A DNA stretch of 64,000 nt from Hydrolagus affinis (lineage: Eukaryota), in the NCBI GenBank assembly GCA_012026655.1, contig JAAILG010000129.1:1-64000 (forward strand). Direction: 5' to 3'. Within the stretch, counting starts at the first letter, position 1. The number at the start of each line of letters is the position of its first letter. The translations under genes were made by a program, and so were the position numbers. Below the pieces are notes generated by a model. It worked only from the letters and a program-made list of their open reading frames with translations, ran no database searches and was not told where the DNA came from. Below are positions 52,586 through 64,000 of the stretch, piece by piece.

Positions 52586-55500
52586 ATCTTAACAACATGA
52601 TGAGGTGCTATATCAAAAGCAACAATTATTCTTATTATTATGATAGCAAACCATGGAGATTAAGCCACTGAGGTTTAGTCCCAACCTTTTCCACAAAATT
52701 TATTTTCCAAAACAAAACTGACTTGCAGTTTTTAACCAAACCACATGGTTATTTCTGCAACCGTAAATTCTTTCTTAAAATAAGCCACTCACAGATGTGT
52801 GTTATTTTCTCTCCATTGTTTCTCTCCCTCGAGGCTTTGACTAGTGAGTGCCAAGTTCCCCACACAAACTCTCACTGGGCGCTCGCCCCAGTGGCTACTC
52901 TATATGTGACAGATGAGCCTTGAATGTGGTAGGGGGATTGGTAATAACTCAGCAGATTTTCCTCTCCCCAGCCCAGGGACCTCAGGTCAATCTACCCACC
53001 CGAGTAGAAGCCACTTATACAGGCACAACCTGGAGGTTAACTCCTGCGACCAATGTTCTCAAAGAACTTACATTTTTATAGCATCTATTATCACTGAACC
53101 TGCTCTTTGTACAGAAACTACTGGTAGCGGGTTATAGCAATGGCCATTTACACATAGCAATACCTCATACATAGGAACAGGAGTAGGCCATTCAGCCCCT
53201 CGAGCCTGTTCAATTAGATCATGACTGATTTGTACCTTATCTCCAATTACCTGCCCTTTTGCCCCATATCCTATAATCTGTGTCCCTAACCTTACATACA
53301 GTAGTGGATAATCAAATAAAATTCTGTTTCTGTTACAGAAATGTGACTTTATTAAAGAGCGCCTCACTGGCACAGCTGAGGACTGCAGCGGGTTTGGGCT
53401 GGATCTGTTTGTTGCATTGAGTACAAATGAGAGCGAAGGAGCGTGGGAAAGTGGGACCTCTCCAGCTAACACTGGAGAAGCCAAGGAGCAGGAATAGTAA
53501 CGAGCGTTGGAGAGCTGAGCCGTGGGAACACTGCCTGGGACTGTCAGACTCAGTGCCCGGTAAACAAGAGAGAGACAGAGTTTATAGTAACCTTCACCAT
53601 AAAGTGTAGTGAAGGTGCTGAGGGAAGGAGATGGTTTGTCACTGAGGCTGAGGCACTCGGCTAATGTTGGGAAACACCAAGGTTATTGGAGCCCACAAGC
53701 CCTCCCTCAGTGTGTGGTGTACCCAACGCCACCTGCTTGCCATGTCATAGGAACAGGAGGAGGCCATTCAGCCCCTCAAGCTTGTTCTATAATAATCCTT
53801 GCAATTGATATAGCACTTTCCACATCTTATCAACATCTCAAAGCGCTTCACAGAATATACTGTAAAGTGAATTGACTGTATATTTGTATCCTGCCATTCT
53901 ATTACAGATCATGGCTGATTTGAACCTCAACTCCAATTTCCCACCCTTTCCCCATATCTCTTGATACTTTGATCTAACAAACATCAATCCACCTCAGTCT
54001 TGAAAATTTGAATGGGTCCAACATCAGATGTCCCTCCACCCCTTCCCTCCACCAACATGGAACCTCCCGGCCATGGTTGGGGGGGTGGAGGGGGGGCAGT
54101 TACCCACTAGTCTTGGGGAAAGAGGAGTAAAGTTGGTCTAATTCCTGTGGTGTGAGAGGGTGGAGACAGCGCTGGTTGCAGGCTTGTGGTTCTGCGCCCA
54201 CACATCCTGGCTTTGTGGGCCATGTAAACAGACACTCCCTTTTCCTGGTATGGGATCCACTCCACACACCATCACTGCCTCACAGGTCATCAAGCCTGAT
54301 GATGTTTGCAGATCAAGTCGAAGCAACAACATGCACAGCATTTGTACAGCACTTTTCACATTAGGTAGACGTCTCGAAACATTTCACAGAGACGATGGGA
54401 AGCAGGAGGTTGCAGAGGCACAAGGAGCAAAATAGTTAAGAGAACAGAGGTCATAACCCAACCCCCAAAAACTAAACAAAACACAAAATACTGCAGATGT
54501 CCCAAAAGCTAAATGTTTATTTATAAATCCCTGAAATATTTTTCAATGCCAAGGGATCTCTGAAGGTTAACAACTGGAAATTGTTCCATTCTTAACTTCA
54601 ATGAAAACAATGCTGCTTCAGCCCTGAATTAGTTGATCTATTGCCCTGTCCAGCCTGGAGGGAAAGTGAGACAGATGTTTGGCGCTACCCTGTGGAGATA
54701 CTGTGACGCTGCACTTGGGCACCTTCCAATGGGTATAAAATTAGGGACAGGAAAGCAGTCCTTGAGTTGTTGAGGTCCTTGAAGTGATCTCAATGAAAGG
54801 GTCTCCAGCCATAAATGACTGGTCCAGGTGTTTGTTCATTGAGTCAGGCTAGCCTCAGATGTCTCCAACCCCCAGGGTCACATTCTCCCATAAAGACTGT
54901 TTTCCCTGGTTGAAGGACTGGATGGCATTGAGACCAGTGTCTATGGAGCCAAAGTCGCAGCACCAATAACAGAGGCAATAAGCAAAGTGGAAACATGTAC
55001 GTTAGAGGCAGAGCGTATGGTTATAAATGAGCAAACCACAAGCTAAATTTATCCTCAGAAATAACATCTGTGCCTGTAATTGGTGCCTTATGGATGGGCT
55101 GGTCCTTGGAGCACAAATACTCACATGGCTAAAACCCTGGCAAGGAATGAGAATTGGGATCCATTCGTGCCATGGAGGAGAGCAGAGGGATTGGAGCCTC
55201 GGGCAGAGTGAGGGAACCTCTCCAGTGGGGAGTGGAAGAGGCAGGATGAAGGGACGGAGGCGCCTGGAATCCTGACTCCTTATGTTGTTCAGTTACTGAT
55301 TCCACATCACTGTGTTTGTGTGACCATCGGGATCAGTCAGTCAGAACGTTGAGGGGTTTTACCCCACCTCCAGACTCCAGTGCTGTTGTCCTTCACATGA
55401 AACATTAAAGTGAGGTCCTGTCTGCCTGTTCAGATGCAGTGAAAGCTCTCATTAGGGAGGGGACACTGACGAGCGTTCCAGCTTGTTCAACCCAGTATTT

Positions 55501-56762
55501 AATAAACATGGGCTGGAGTTTTTGTACAAATTTTGGACCAATATAAGAAGTATGTCAATGTGAGCAGGCGGAGGTGGATTTGTCTCATGGCTAAGTAAAG
55601 CTGTTTGCCTGAGGGCAAAATGTGCAGATTAATAGACTAAACGGGAAACTGCTCCTGGTGTGGTCTCAGTTAATGTCCTCCTCTGTTTGGCGTGGTGGGC
55701 TGGGTGATTACTGCTCCCACTTTAATAAAACATGTGCTTTTGCTCAAAGCTGCTATTGGATGACGTATGGGTCAGGCCCTGAGAGACCTTCCGCCTCCCC
55801 ACCCACCACACCTCCCCACCTCCCTGCTAGAGCAGGAACAGGCTGTGCTCTGAGCCCAGGCATGAGGGCCAAGTGTTGATACCATCCTGTCTCCAGCAGC
55901 CCTGCCTGACCTTAGGGAGATATCCCACCGCAGAGCTCCCGCCTCCAAGTCACCAACAATATAGGCCAACACTCTCCCTCCAATGACTGATTAGGTTAAA
56001 GCACTGCCCAGCTGGTGCAAAAGCCACAGGGCCAGGAAGGTCTCAAATCTGATATCCAGTCAGTGATGCCTCAGCTCTGAGTTTCTGCCCATCTCTCCAG
56101 CTCCGAGCCATAACACAGCTCTCGAGGACATCCCAAGGGCTGTGTTGGAATACTGGAAATATTCCCAATGTCGGGAAAGAGAAGGGAATGTCTCCCAGAG
56201 TCCTGACTCCTTGATGGCCACCTGATCAGTCACTGACTGGAGCTCAGATTAACGTCTCATCGTCTTGAAGACGGCATCTCTGATCCTCCCCCAGCATTTC
56301 ACTGGAATGTCAGCCTTGAGATTGGGTGTCAAGGGAAAGGAGCTGGGAGTTATGAGAGTAGGAGGCTGCATGTGTGGTCGGACAGTCCGGAACATTGGCA
56401 ATAAGCAGGTTAGGGACTGTCCTGAAGCTCACAACCTCCAACCTATCATTCTCCCTAACCTGTTTGAACAATTTACATGATCGGTGTTTGCCCGTCATTG
56501 TAAAGGATGATGTTTAGATGTTATCATTAAAGCAAGGACTTTAAGCAACATTATAATCAATGTCAAAACATACCAACAAAAGCTAATTAGAGACAGGACA
56601 GTATTTCAGGCCTACATTGTCGTCAGTGGATTGTCTGTGGGCAGACATTCCTCTCTAGACGAGGATGAGGAGTTCACAACCTCACAGTGGCTAATGCTTC
56701 CCAGCCGGTTCCCGGCATCTAGGGCTCCTAACTCGGTCCATCTGGTCACATGCGTGTAGTCC

Positions 56763-57163
56763 TGTAGCTCAGTGGTTGGCGCTCTCGTCTCGCAAGCAAG
56801 ATGATCTGGGTTTGATTCCTTGGCAAGGCGAAACCTTCGGCAAGTCTCCTTACTCCACACATCTCTGTTTCCCTAGCAGTAAGAAGGAATGCAGTTATTG
56901 GCGGATTGCTTTTCCCGGGGTAATAATCTCTTACATTTTTAAAAAAAATAATAAATTAGTCACTGATTCCACAACTGTTTGTGGGACACTGCCGTGCGCA
57001 ATTAGCTGCCGCGTTTCACGCCAAAAATACACATTCAATCCAGGGACGTCTTTCCAACTTGAAAGGTGCTGTACAAATGTAGTTTTGTTGTGGTTTACAG
57101 TGTATTGTGTGTGATCCGCTTTGTGACGTCTCAACGACCTGATAAGCCATTGTATCGAATGCA
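56763..57163 (+). mobile_element. same tRNA-SINE family with internal L2-tail insertion
   Basis: GTAGCTCAGTGG head and conserved body, interrupted near 57040-57095 by TGAAAGGTGCTGTACAAATGTAGTTTTGTTG. Confidence 0.8.
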
Positions 57164-57599
57164 GTCTAGGATGCCTCTCCCTGTCTCTCCACCCTTTTAT
57201 TTGGTTGCAGGAATCACTGTTTATAATAACTCAGATTACACCGCATACAATGTGGACGGTTTTGTTTATATAAACTTTTCAATTTAAAGCTCTGAGACGC
57301 TGTCTGGAATGGACGGTGCCATATAAATGCAAGTTGTTGTTGTTGTTATTAATCCAACTGACTTTTTTTAAACAGTGAGTGAGTTGGCGTAACACATACA
57401 CACACACAGAGCAAACTGAGAACATGAGTCAGCTGCTGGCTGGGGTGGACCTTCCTCTAAAGTTCCTTTTGTATCCCAGAGAGAGAGAAGTTCTGGGAGA
57501 AGTGGGAAAGACGCCAAATTGAGAGAGAACGCAGTGGGGAGGGAAGGAGAGAGAGAGAGAGAGTCTCTCTCTCTTACTGGCCTCTTGTTTTAAGTTGCG

Positions 57600-57835
57600 T
57601 TTTCTTATCAGCCTGTTTGCTTTCCCTGCAGTTAGGTGGACATATGGCTTTCATTATCTGCTCATTCAGACCAGCTCAGCTCAGCTCAGACGCCAATGAG
57701 AGAGAGAGAGAGAGAGAGTGAGTGAGAGAGATATGCTGTGAAGGAGCCTGTGTAATGGGAAATTGTTTCTAAGCAAAAAAAAACTCCTTCCAAAGTTTCT
57801 GCCAAAGAAGATTGCTCCCCAGCTCGGGCTCCAAG
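57600..57835 (+). other. candidate non-coding first exon of a + strand gene (possibly pdgfrb)
   Basis: donor CCAAG|gtgag at 57835, CpG-richer DNA downstream, upstream AP-1 (TGAGTCA), GTGGGAA and CCAAT motifs; identity inferred only from mammalian PDGFRB-CDX1 head-to-head synteny. Confidence 0.3.
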
Positions 57836-58450
57836 GTGAGAGTGTTTCTCAAACAGCTATTTTGTGCTCAGCCTGATTTGGAATCTCTTTGTAATCATGT
57901 CAGTTTGTTGTCAGATGTATAAGCGGGTGATGGAACGAGTTTAACTGTGAGCCAAACTGTATGTAAGACGGAGTTGGGTTCCGCTTCGGGTCAATAAATT
58001 GGGAACCGGATTCGGTCCAGAGTTGAGGCAAATGGCTCCAGTCGCTGTCCGCAATTTATTTTACGGTTTATAGAAGCGCTCTGAGATGCTACCCTGTGTG
58101 GAGGGCGCTACAAGTTGTTGTTGTTGTTGTATTCTGCAGTTTGTTCTGGAGTTAGGCTGTACCAGCACCTTGTGACGTCCTCCTGACGTGAAAGGCGCTA
58201 TACGTGTAATTTTGTTGTTGTTGTTGTAACGATCAGGAGCGGGAATTTTATGTTTTATCCGGAAAGAGGTGGATTTTCATCTTTAGGATTTGGACAAACT
58301 ATGAACTTATTTCTTGTAAGAAATATTGTTTCGTGGAAGTAAAGTGTGAAAATGATTGTTCCCATTTCAGCCGTGTCTCTGGGACTTGGTTTATATATGT
58401 AGTGTGGGGGGACACGCAGAGTTGTTCTCTCTCTCTCCCCTTGGCGACTT

Positions 58451-58579
58451 TGCTGGTGCTCGCTCCCCCACTGGAGCTCTCTGCTCTAACCCCATTCCCT
58501 GCTCTTTCTCCCCATCGTCTCTGTGCTGGTGCTCGCTCCCTCAGTGGAGCTCTCTACTCTAACCCAATTCCCTGCTCTC
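58451..58579. repeat. about 72-bp tandem duplication (TGCTGGTGCTCGCTCCC...CTCTAACCC.ATTCCCTGCTCT)
   Basis: two near-identical units, a third partial unit after the insertion at 58715-58780, and a related copy near 60913-60980. Confidence 0.75.
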
Positions 58580-58714
58580 AGTTCTGACGAAGGGTTGTAG
58601 ACCCGAAACGTTGACTTTTTCCTTTCTCCATGGATGCTGCCTGACCTGCTGAGTTTCCCCAGCAACTTCTGTTTTTGTTTCAGATTCCCAGCATCCGTAG
58701 TATTTTGTATTTTG
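58580..58714 (+). mobile_element. Penelope-like element terminal-repeat fragment with minimal hammerhead motif
   Basis: AGTTCTGACGAAGGGTTGTAGACCCGAAACGTTGACT...GGATGCTGCCTGACCTGCTGAGT...; flanked by 12-bp direct repeat TTCCCTGCTCTC (58568-58579, 58715-58726). Confidence 0.7.
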
Positions 58715-59616
58715 TTCCCTGCTCTCTCTCCCTTTCTCTCTCTCTCTCTCCCTATCATGTCTGTGCTGGGGCTCGCTCACCGTGGGCAGACTCTATGACC
58801 GCAGCCGGTATGGAAACATGAAATATTGACAGGAACGGCTCTGAACCAAAACCAGCCCAGTCTGTTCCCCAAATAAAAACGAGCAAGTCTGGTTTTATAC
58901 AAACAGCGCTCGGTCAGAGAGAAAAATAAATCCTGCTTCGCAGTTTGTTTGAAGACAAACTAACGCAGACATCAGCCTGGCAGTGAGATGGCAGCGAGTG
59001 ATACAGTTTCCTAACCACGAGAGCATAGAGACAGCTCATTTATACTCTCCAGTCAGTGCCAGAGGGGAAATATTCCACTCTCTACGCTCCAGGCTATCTA
59101 TCGTCGAATGTCACAAGTGGCAAAACGAACACAGATTGTTGTTCAGTTCCGTGCAGCACTTCTGTGCACTTCACTCCTCCACTCTGCCCCACTGTGAAGG
59201 GCGCTGTGCAAATGTAAGCTGTTATCGTCGCAGACTTACCAGACTTGTGTGATTGGGGAAAAGGTTCAAACCACTCAATCACTTCTGAAATACACACTTT
59301 AACATTCACTTTACAGAAACTACAAATAGGGAGTCACAGGTAGGAGAGGGAAAGAGGATTATTATTTCAGTTATTTCAGCAAATGTTGCTTCCGAATAAT
59401 ATTTGCCACAATACATCAGATATGGCTTCACAAGTCATCGTATAATGGCCTGAATATCTACAGGTGTGGTGTGAGTGTAACCCACCTTGTTTTACCCCTT
59501 TTTTCCCTGGCTCAGTTGGTGGCTCGTGTCCTTGGGATCCGTTGTTGTGAGGTGCTCTGAGATGCTGTCCGGTGTGGAGGGCACTATATAAATCGAAGTT
59601 GTTGTTGTTGTATCTC

Positions 59617-59880
59617 AGAGTCAGAGGTTGTGGGTTCAAGCACACACCAACAAGACTAGTTGATACTCCAACACACTGGGACATGCTGCATTGTCAGAGT
59701 TGCTGTCACATTAATCCTGTCAGGTCCTGTCTGTCTGTTCAGGTTTGATGTTAAAGATCCTATGACCCTGGCCAACAACTCCTCAAATATACTTGGATAT
59801 TCCCTTCCCGCCTGTTTGTGGTACATCATTGTGCACAAAGTGGCTGCTGGAGTTGCCCACAGAACACACAGTCACTACAT
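59617..59880 (+). mobile_element. DeuSINE-like relic
   Basis: GAGTCAGAGGTTGTGGGTTCAAG...TGCTGCATTGTCAGAG...CCTGTCTGTCTGTTCAGGT..TGTTAAAGATCC resembles the recalled Deu domain; other copies near 50880-51075(+), 55335-55460(+), 56160-56335(-). Confidence 0.65.
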
Positions 59881-59884
59881 ATTG

Positions 59885-60172
59885 GAGCTCCCGTAGCTCA
59901 GTGGTTAGAGCACTCGCCTTACAAGCGTGAGACCTGTGTTCGAATCCAGGCAGCTCAGGGCAAAACCTAGGGCAAGTTTCCTTACTCTACACACAAGCCT
60001 AATGATAATCTATCCCCCAAAAATAATAAAAATTGGTCATTTTTAATCCATGATTGTTGTGTGCAATTGGCTGCCAAATATACAGTCAATTCATTTTACA
60101 GTATATTCTGTGAAGTGTTTTGTCGGTAGGATGTGAAAAGCGCGATATCAACTGCAAGGATTATTATTATTA
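59885..60172 (+). mobile_element. tRNA-derived SINE with (ATT)n L2-like tail, near full length
   Basis: A-box TAGCTCAGTGGTTAGAGC, B-box GTTCGAATCC, body GGCAAGTTTCCTTACTC...CAGTCAATTCATTTTACAGTATATTCTGTGAAG...GCAAGGATTATTATT shared by many copies in the window. Confidence 0.85.
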
Positions 60173-62849
60173 TCAGTGCCATGAATCGTTCACTTTATCA
60201 GGAGATCCCAGTGAGTCTGACACAGAAGTGGCCATGAGCAGTCAATGCCATGAGTATAAACAAAGCCAGAGAAATGGCTGGCTGGTAGGTGGGTGGGCGG
60301 GTGTGTTGAGGGTATGAGGACGGTTCGTTTGTTGCAGTGTGTTGAGGGTGGGAGTGAGGTCGGATGGCAGACGGAGGCAGATGATGGGCTGTGACATTCA
60401 GGGACTGTATCCACACGTTCATCTCCACAACACAACCCACCGGAAGTCGCTCCTGACACAATCCTGTCCCGGAGCCAAGGGCTAGATGATCACCCGCTGG
60501 GAATACTAATTAATTCCTTGTTAAGAAATAGAAATACTGAAGCACATCTTCGCCCTCTCCCTGTGTATGTCAGAGCCACAGGCTTTACTGGTATTGAGCA
60601 GGAAACACAAACATTCCTGATTTGTGTAACTTAACAGACCCTCTGATTGTGATGTGTGATTCACATCAAAATCATCTGTCTAATGGTTTTGAAACTCGGG
60701 TTCATGTTATTCCAAATGATTACAGAATTTTGCTAATGGTTCCAGTTAGGAACCCCGTGGATTGAAGGAGCGATTGCTCCAGACATTGTCTGTGTGTTTA
60801 CCCCAAATCAGGATCCCATCAAGGCCTCCTAGGGTGAACATATCCACATGACATCGACTGATACACATAGAAACTTGTCATTCAGTGAATGAAGCTCTCT
60901 ATTCTAACGCAATTCCCTACTCTCTCTCTCTCTCTCCCTCCCCATCGTGTCTGTGATGGGGGCTTGCTCCCCCAATGGGGCAGGCTGACGGTAATTGGTT
61001 TTAAGAAATCCCATGAAGAAATATCGCAAATTAGAATCCATTTGGTGTCCACTGAGGGAGCCGCCTTTCACCCCATTCCCATAACCCTTTTCCTCGCATT
61101 TCTCCTCAGTGAGTGTTGTTTTGTCCTGTGACAGGAAGTGAATTGGTTTGCACAGATGCTGACCTATTGGCAGTGGACCTAATGCGTGTGAGATGTTCAC
61201 TGATTGCTCACATCTGGCTCCCCCACAGCTCTGACTCTCCGCACTGACGCTAGACAAGAGTTTCTGCTTCCCGCCCACCCGTCCAGACCTCGTTCTTTTC
61301 TCGTTGCTCATCGCGGATGATCATCGCTGGCTTTTATTTCCCTTATCTTATCTGCTGTTTACCCAGTGCTGCTGTGTGTCTGTCTCCTCTCTCCCATCAC
61401 GCCAGGTGCTCACTCACTGCTCTTCCAGATGGACCGATGAGATGGTCAATAAGATGTAAGTGGACGGCTCTTCGCCGAGATACGGGACGACTTGCCGAGC
61501 GCTGCTTCTCTCACCCCTACAGCTTTTGGGATGTTTGTGCTGTTTCTTGAGAGAATTCCCTGATAAGGAATCGCTGACAGTAATTTCATCAAGGAATCTC
61601 GTTAAGAAATACACGCAAATTCGACCCAGTTTCCCTTTGGCTGCTGCTGGAAGTAGTGACTGAGCTAATTGCCTGTGAGCTGTGGGGCAGGTTCTCACCC
61701 TGACATGTCTGAGGTGGAGGCAATCTCTCAGTGTTGTCACTCTCATGTTTTGCACCTGTCTTATCCGTTTGTTCTCTCTTTCCTTCCTGCAATATAGTTT
61801 TTCTCCTTGGTCTGTCTCTCGTTCTCTCTCTTTCCCGTTCTCTCTTTCTAACATATAGTGTCTGTCAGCTATGTTCCTGTGGTTAGGTTCTGTGCTGGTG
61901 ACTGGACTAACTAGAGTTGATGGTAACAAGCTCGGCATTTCCTCTGGGATGTGTCGTAATTCTGTCCAGCAAATCCCAGCGGCTGGCGTTCCTGGAGGAG
62001 ATACCAGCTTTTTTGTTTCCATTACTCACAGATAAAGTCTGGGTGTAGCAGGGGGGCAGACAGAGAGAGAGAGAGAGAGGTACACCCACACACACATAGA
62101 GTAGGGAAAGAGACACAGAGCAGAGAGAGTTTCAAAGAGAAAGTTTAAGAATGTTCCACAAACTGACACTATCTTAAATGTTAAGACAAATAGTCTCACA
62201 GGCTAAGACTGAGTGGAATTTCAGGCCTCAGCACAATTTCTGTGACTAAATTGATTGAGAATTATAAACATTCCTAGACCCCCCCCAACCACTCCACCCG
62301 ACCCCCACTCTCCCCATTTAGCAGCCTTGTCTGGTTTTAGTTTTTTGCTTTAGAATTCCATCAATTTGTGTATCAGTATAACTTCAGTTTGGATTTGACT
62401 AAAGATAAGATCAAAATATGGAAAAACCTTGTTCCAAACAAAGTGTTTCGGGACTGACAGATAATGGCAGGCATCCTGGAGTTTAAGGAGTTTGGGCAGA
62501 AACTGTTCAGACTAGAAACTGTAGCTTGGATTGGAAATTCAATCGAGCAACTCAAAATCTTAATAGGTTCATCATCAGGTCAAAGTGACTTCCCGTGACA
62601 AGCCTTTAATGTGAGATTGTGCCCTGTCACTGAGTAATAATAATAATCATTGTTTCAAACGTCTCATCGTTAAGACGTTTCATAGGGTATACTATGAAGT
62701 GTGTTGACTGTATTTTGTGGGAGAAAAGCGGCAGCCAATTTGAGCTACAGCAGTGTCCCACCAACAGTCGTAGAGTGATTGACCAATTTTATTTGTCAGC
62801 CAGGATACTGGGAGAGAAAGAGAAACGCTTTCTAAATAGCACCACAGGA

Positions 62850-63160
62850 ACTTGTGGTTCAGTGATTAGAGCACTTGCCTTACAAGCATGAGACCTGGAA
62901 TACAGGTCGATCACGGCGAATCCGTGGGCAAGTTTCCTTACTCCACACCCCTAATAATAATCCGTCCAAAAAAAATAATAAAAACTGGTCATTTTCAATT
63001 CGCGAGTGTTTGTGGGACACTGCAGTGTGCAATTGGCTGCTGCATTTCAACCATAAATGTATAGTCAATTCACTTTCCAGTATATTCTGTGAAGCGCTTT
63101 GAGACGTCGATACGATGTGAAAAGCGCTATATCAAATGCAAGGATTAGTATTATTATAAT
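62850..63160 (+). mobile_element. same tRNA-SINE family
   Basis: head GTGGTTCAGTGATTAGAGCACTTGCCTTACAAGC, body and tail. Confidence 0.8.
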
Positions 63161-63340
63161 TTAACGTCCACCTGAACAGACAAATGGGGAGCTCAGATTA
63201 ACTCTCATCCGAAGGACAGCACCTCCGACAATGCAGCACTCCCACCCCAGGGCTGCATTGGAGCCTCAGCTTTGACTTCCAAGTCCCAACGTGGGGGCTT
63301 GAACCCACAATCTCGGAGGCGTGTGAGAGAAGGAGAGCTA
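63160..63340 (-). mobile_element. DeuSINE-like relic
   Basis: reverse complement GTGGGTTCAAGCCCCCAC...GGGAGTGCTGCATTGTCGGAGGTGCTGTCCTTCGGATGAGAGTTAA...GTTCAGGTGGACGTTAAA. Confidence 0.7.
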
Positions 63341-64000
63341 TAGATGTTGACTGGCTAGGGTTGGCACAGTGGGAAAAAGTACCTCTGGCAGGCGTGACTC
63401 ATTTTCCTTTTGGCGAGATTGCCAAGGTTCTGCTGAATTCAGGTCAACTGGTGCTGTGACACTCACACCCACTCAGCACTGGCTTGAAGCTGCCCAAACC
63501 AACATACGTAAATTCCCCAAAGCCAGCAGACACAGGAGACTTTCATCCCATTGCCCACATCAGCCTGGACACCAGCCCAGGTTCCTGAGCTAAATCATCA
63601 GAAGTGTTTAATACATCTCGTATTTTCTTAAGAGGTCAGACTTGAATTGATAAGATTAATGGGATTTTACAAAACATTACCAGTTTCTGTTTATTTTGCA
63701 ATCAACTTCACTTACAAAACTTCCTCATCGGAAGGACTGAGCTTACTTACCAGTATCCATTCCCCACTCACACCTTGTGCTTCACAGGAAACCCTTACCA
63801 GGACCATCCTTTACATGTGTTGTCAACTCTAACCATCTTTCGGAGAGGACGTTAGACTGAACCGCCTTCAATGTCGCTATTTAATGATCTTAAAAAGAAA
63901 ATTAGTTGCTCAATCCACCGTTTGTGGGGACGCTGCTGTGCGCAATTGGCTGCCTCGTTTCATCTTCGAAATGTATAGTCAATTCACTTTACAGTATATT

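Noticed and set aside
59885-59956. tRNA-like cloverleaf (TAC anticodon, A and B boxes)
   Set aside because: Runs directly into the body and tail of a multi-copy SINE and has mismatched stems; SINE head, not a tRNA gene
61414-62022. 202-aa minus-strand ORF
   Set aside because: No domain; partly translated GA/CT low-complexity sequence

Overview
Vertebrate genomic DNA, most likely from a cartilaginous fish (inferred from the SINE/CR1/L2/Penelope repeat landscape; the compact introns would fit a chimaera). Two protein-coding genes converge tail-to-tail. camk2a (+ strand) is present from canonical exon 3 to the terminal exon (3559-26791), including the alphaB NLS exon; exons 1-2 were not found and presumably lie upstream of the window. 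cdx1 (- strand) has 3 coding exons (49841-37328, 263 aa). No slc6a7 is visible between them, although mammals have it there. A candidate non-coding first exon on the + strand near 57.8 kb may belong to pdgfrb (synteny inference only). The rest is intronic/intergenic DNA dense in tRNA-derived SINEs, DeuSINE-, AmnSINE2- and LF-SINE-like relics, CR1/L2 3' ends, a 56-bp minisatellite and a 100-N gap. Best leads: a TSD-flanked Penelope-type insertion that begins with a minimal hammerhead-ribozyme motif, two in-frame candidate cassette exons in the CaMKII-alpha variable linker, an overlapping uORF on cdx1, and a perfect 15-bp hairpin in cdx1 intron 1. No clearly new multi-gene system was found. Repeat-family names come from recalled consensus similarity and need a database check; repeat boundaries are approximate.
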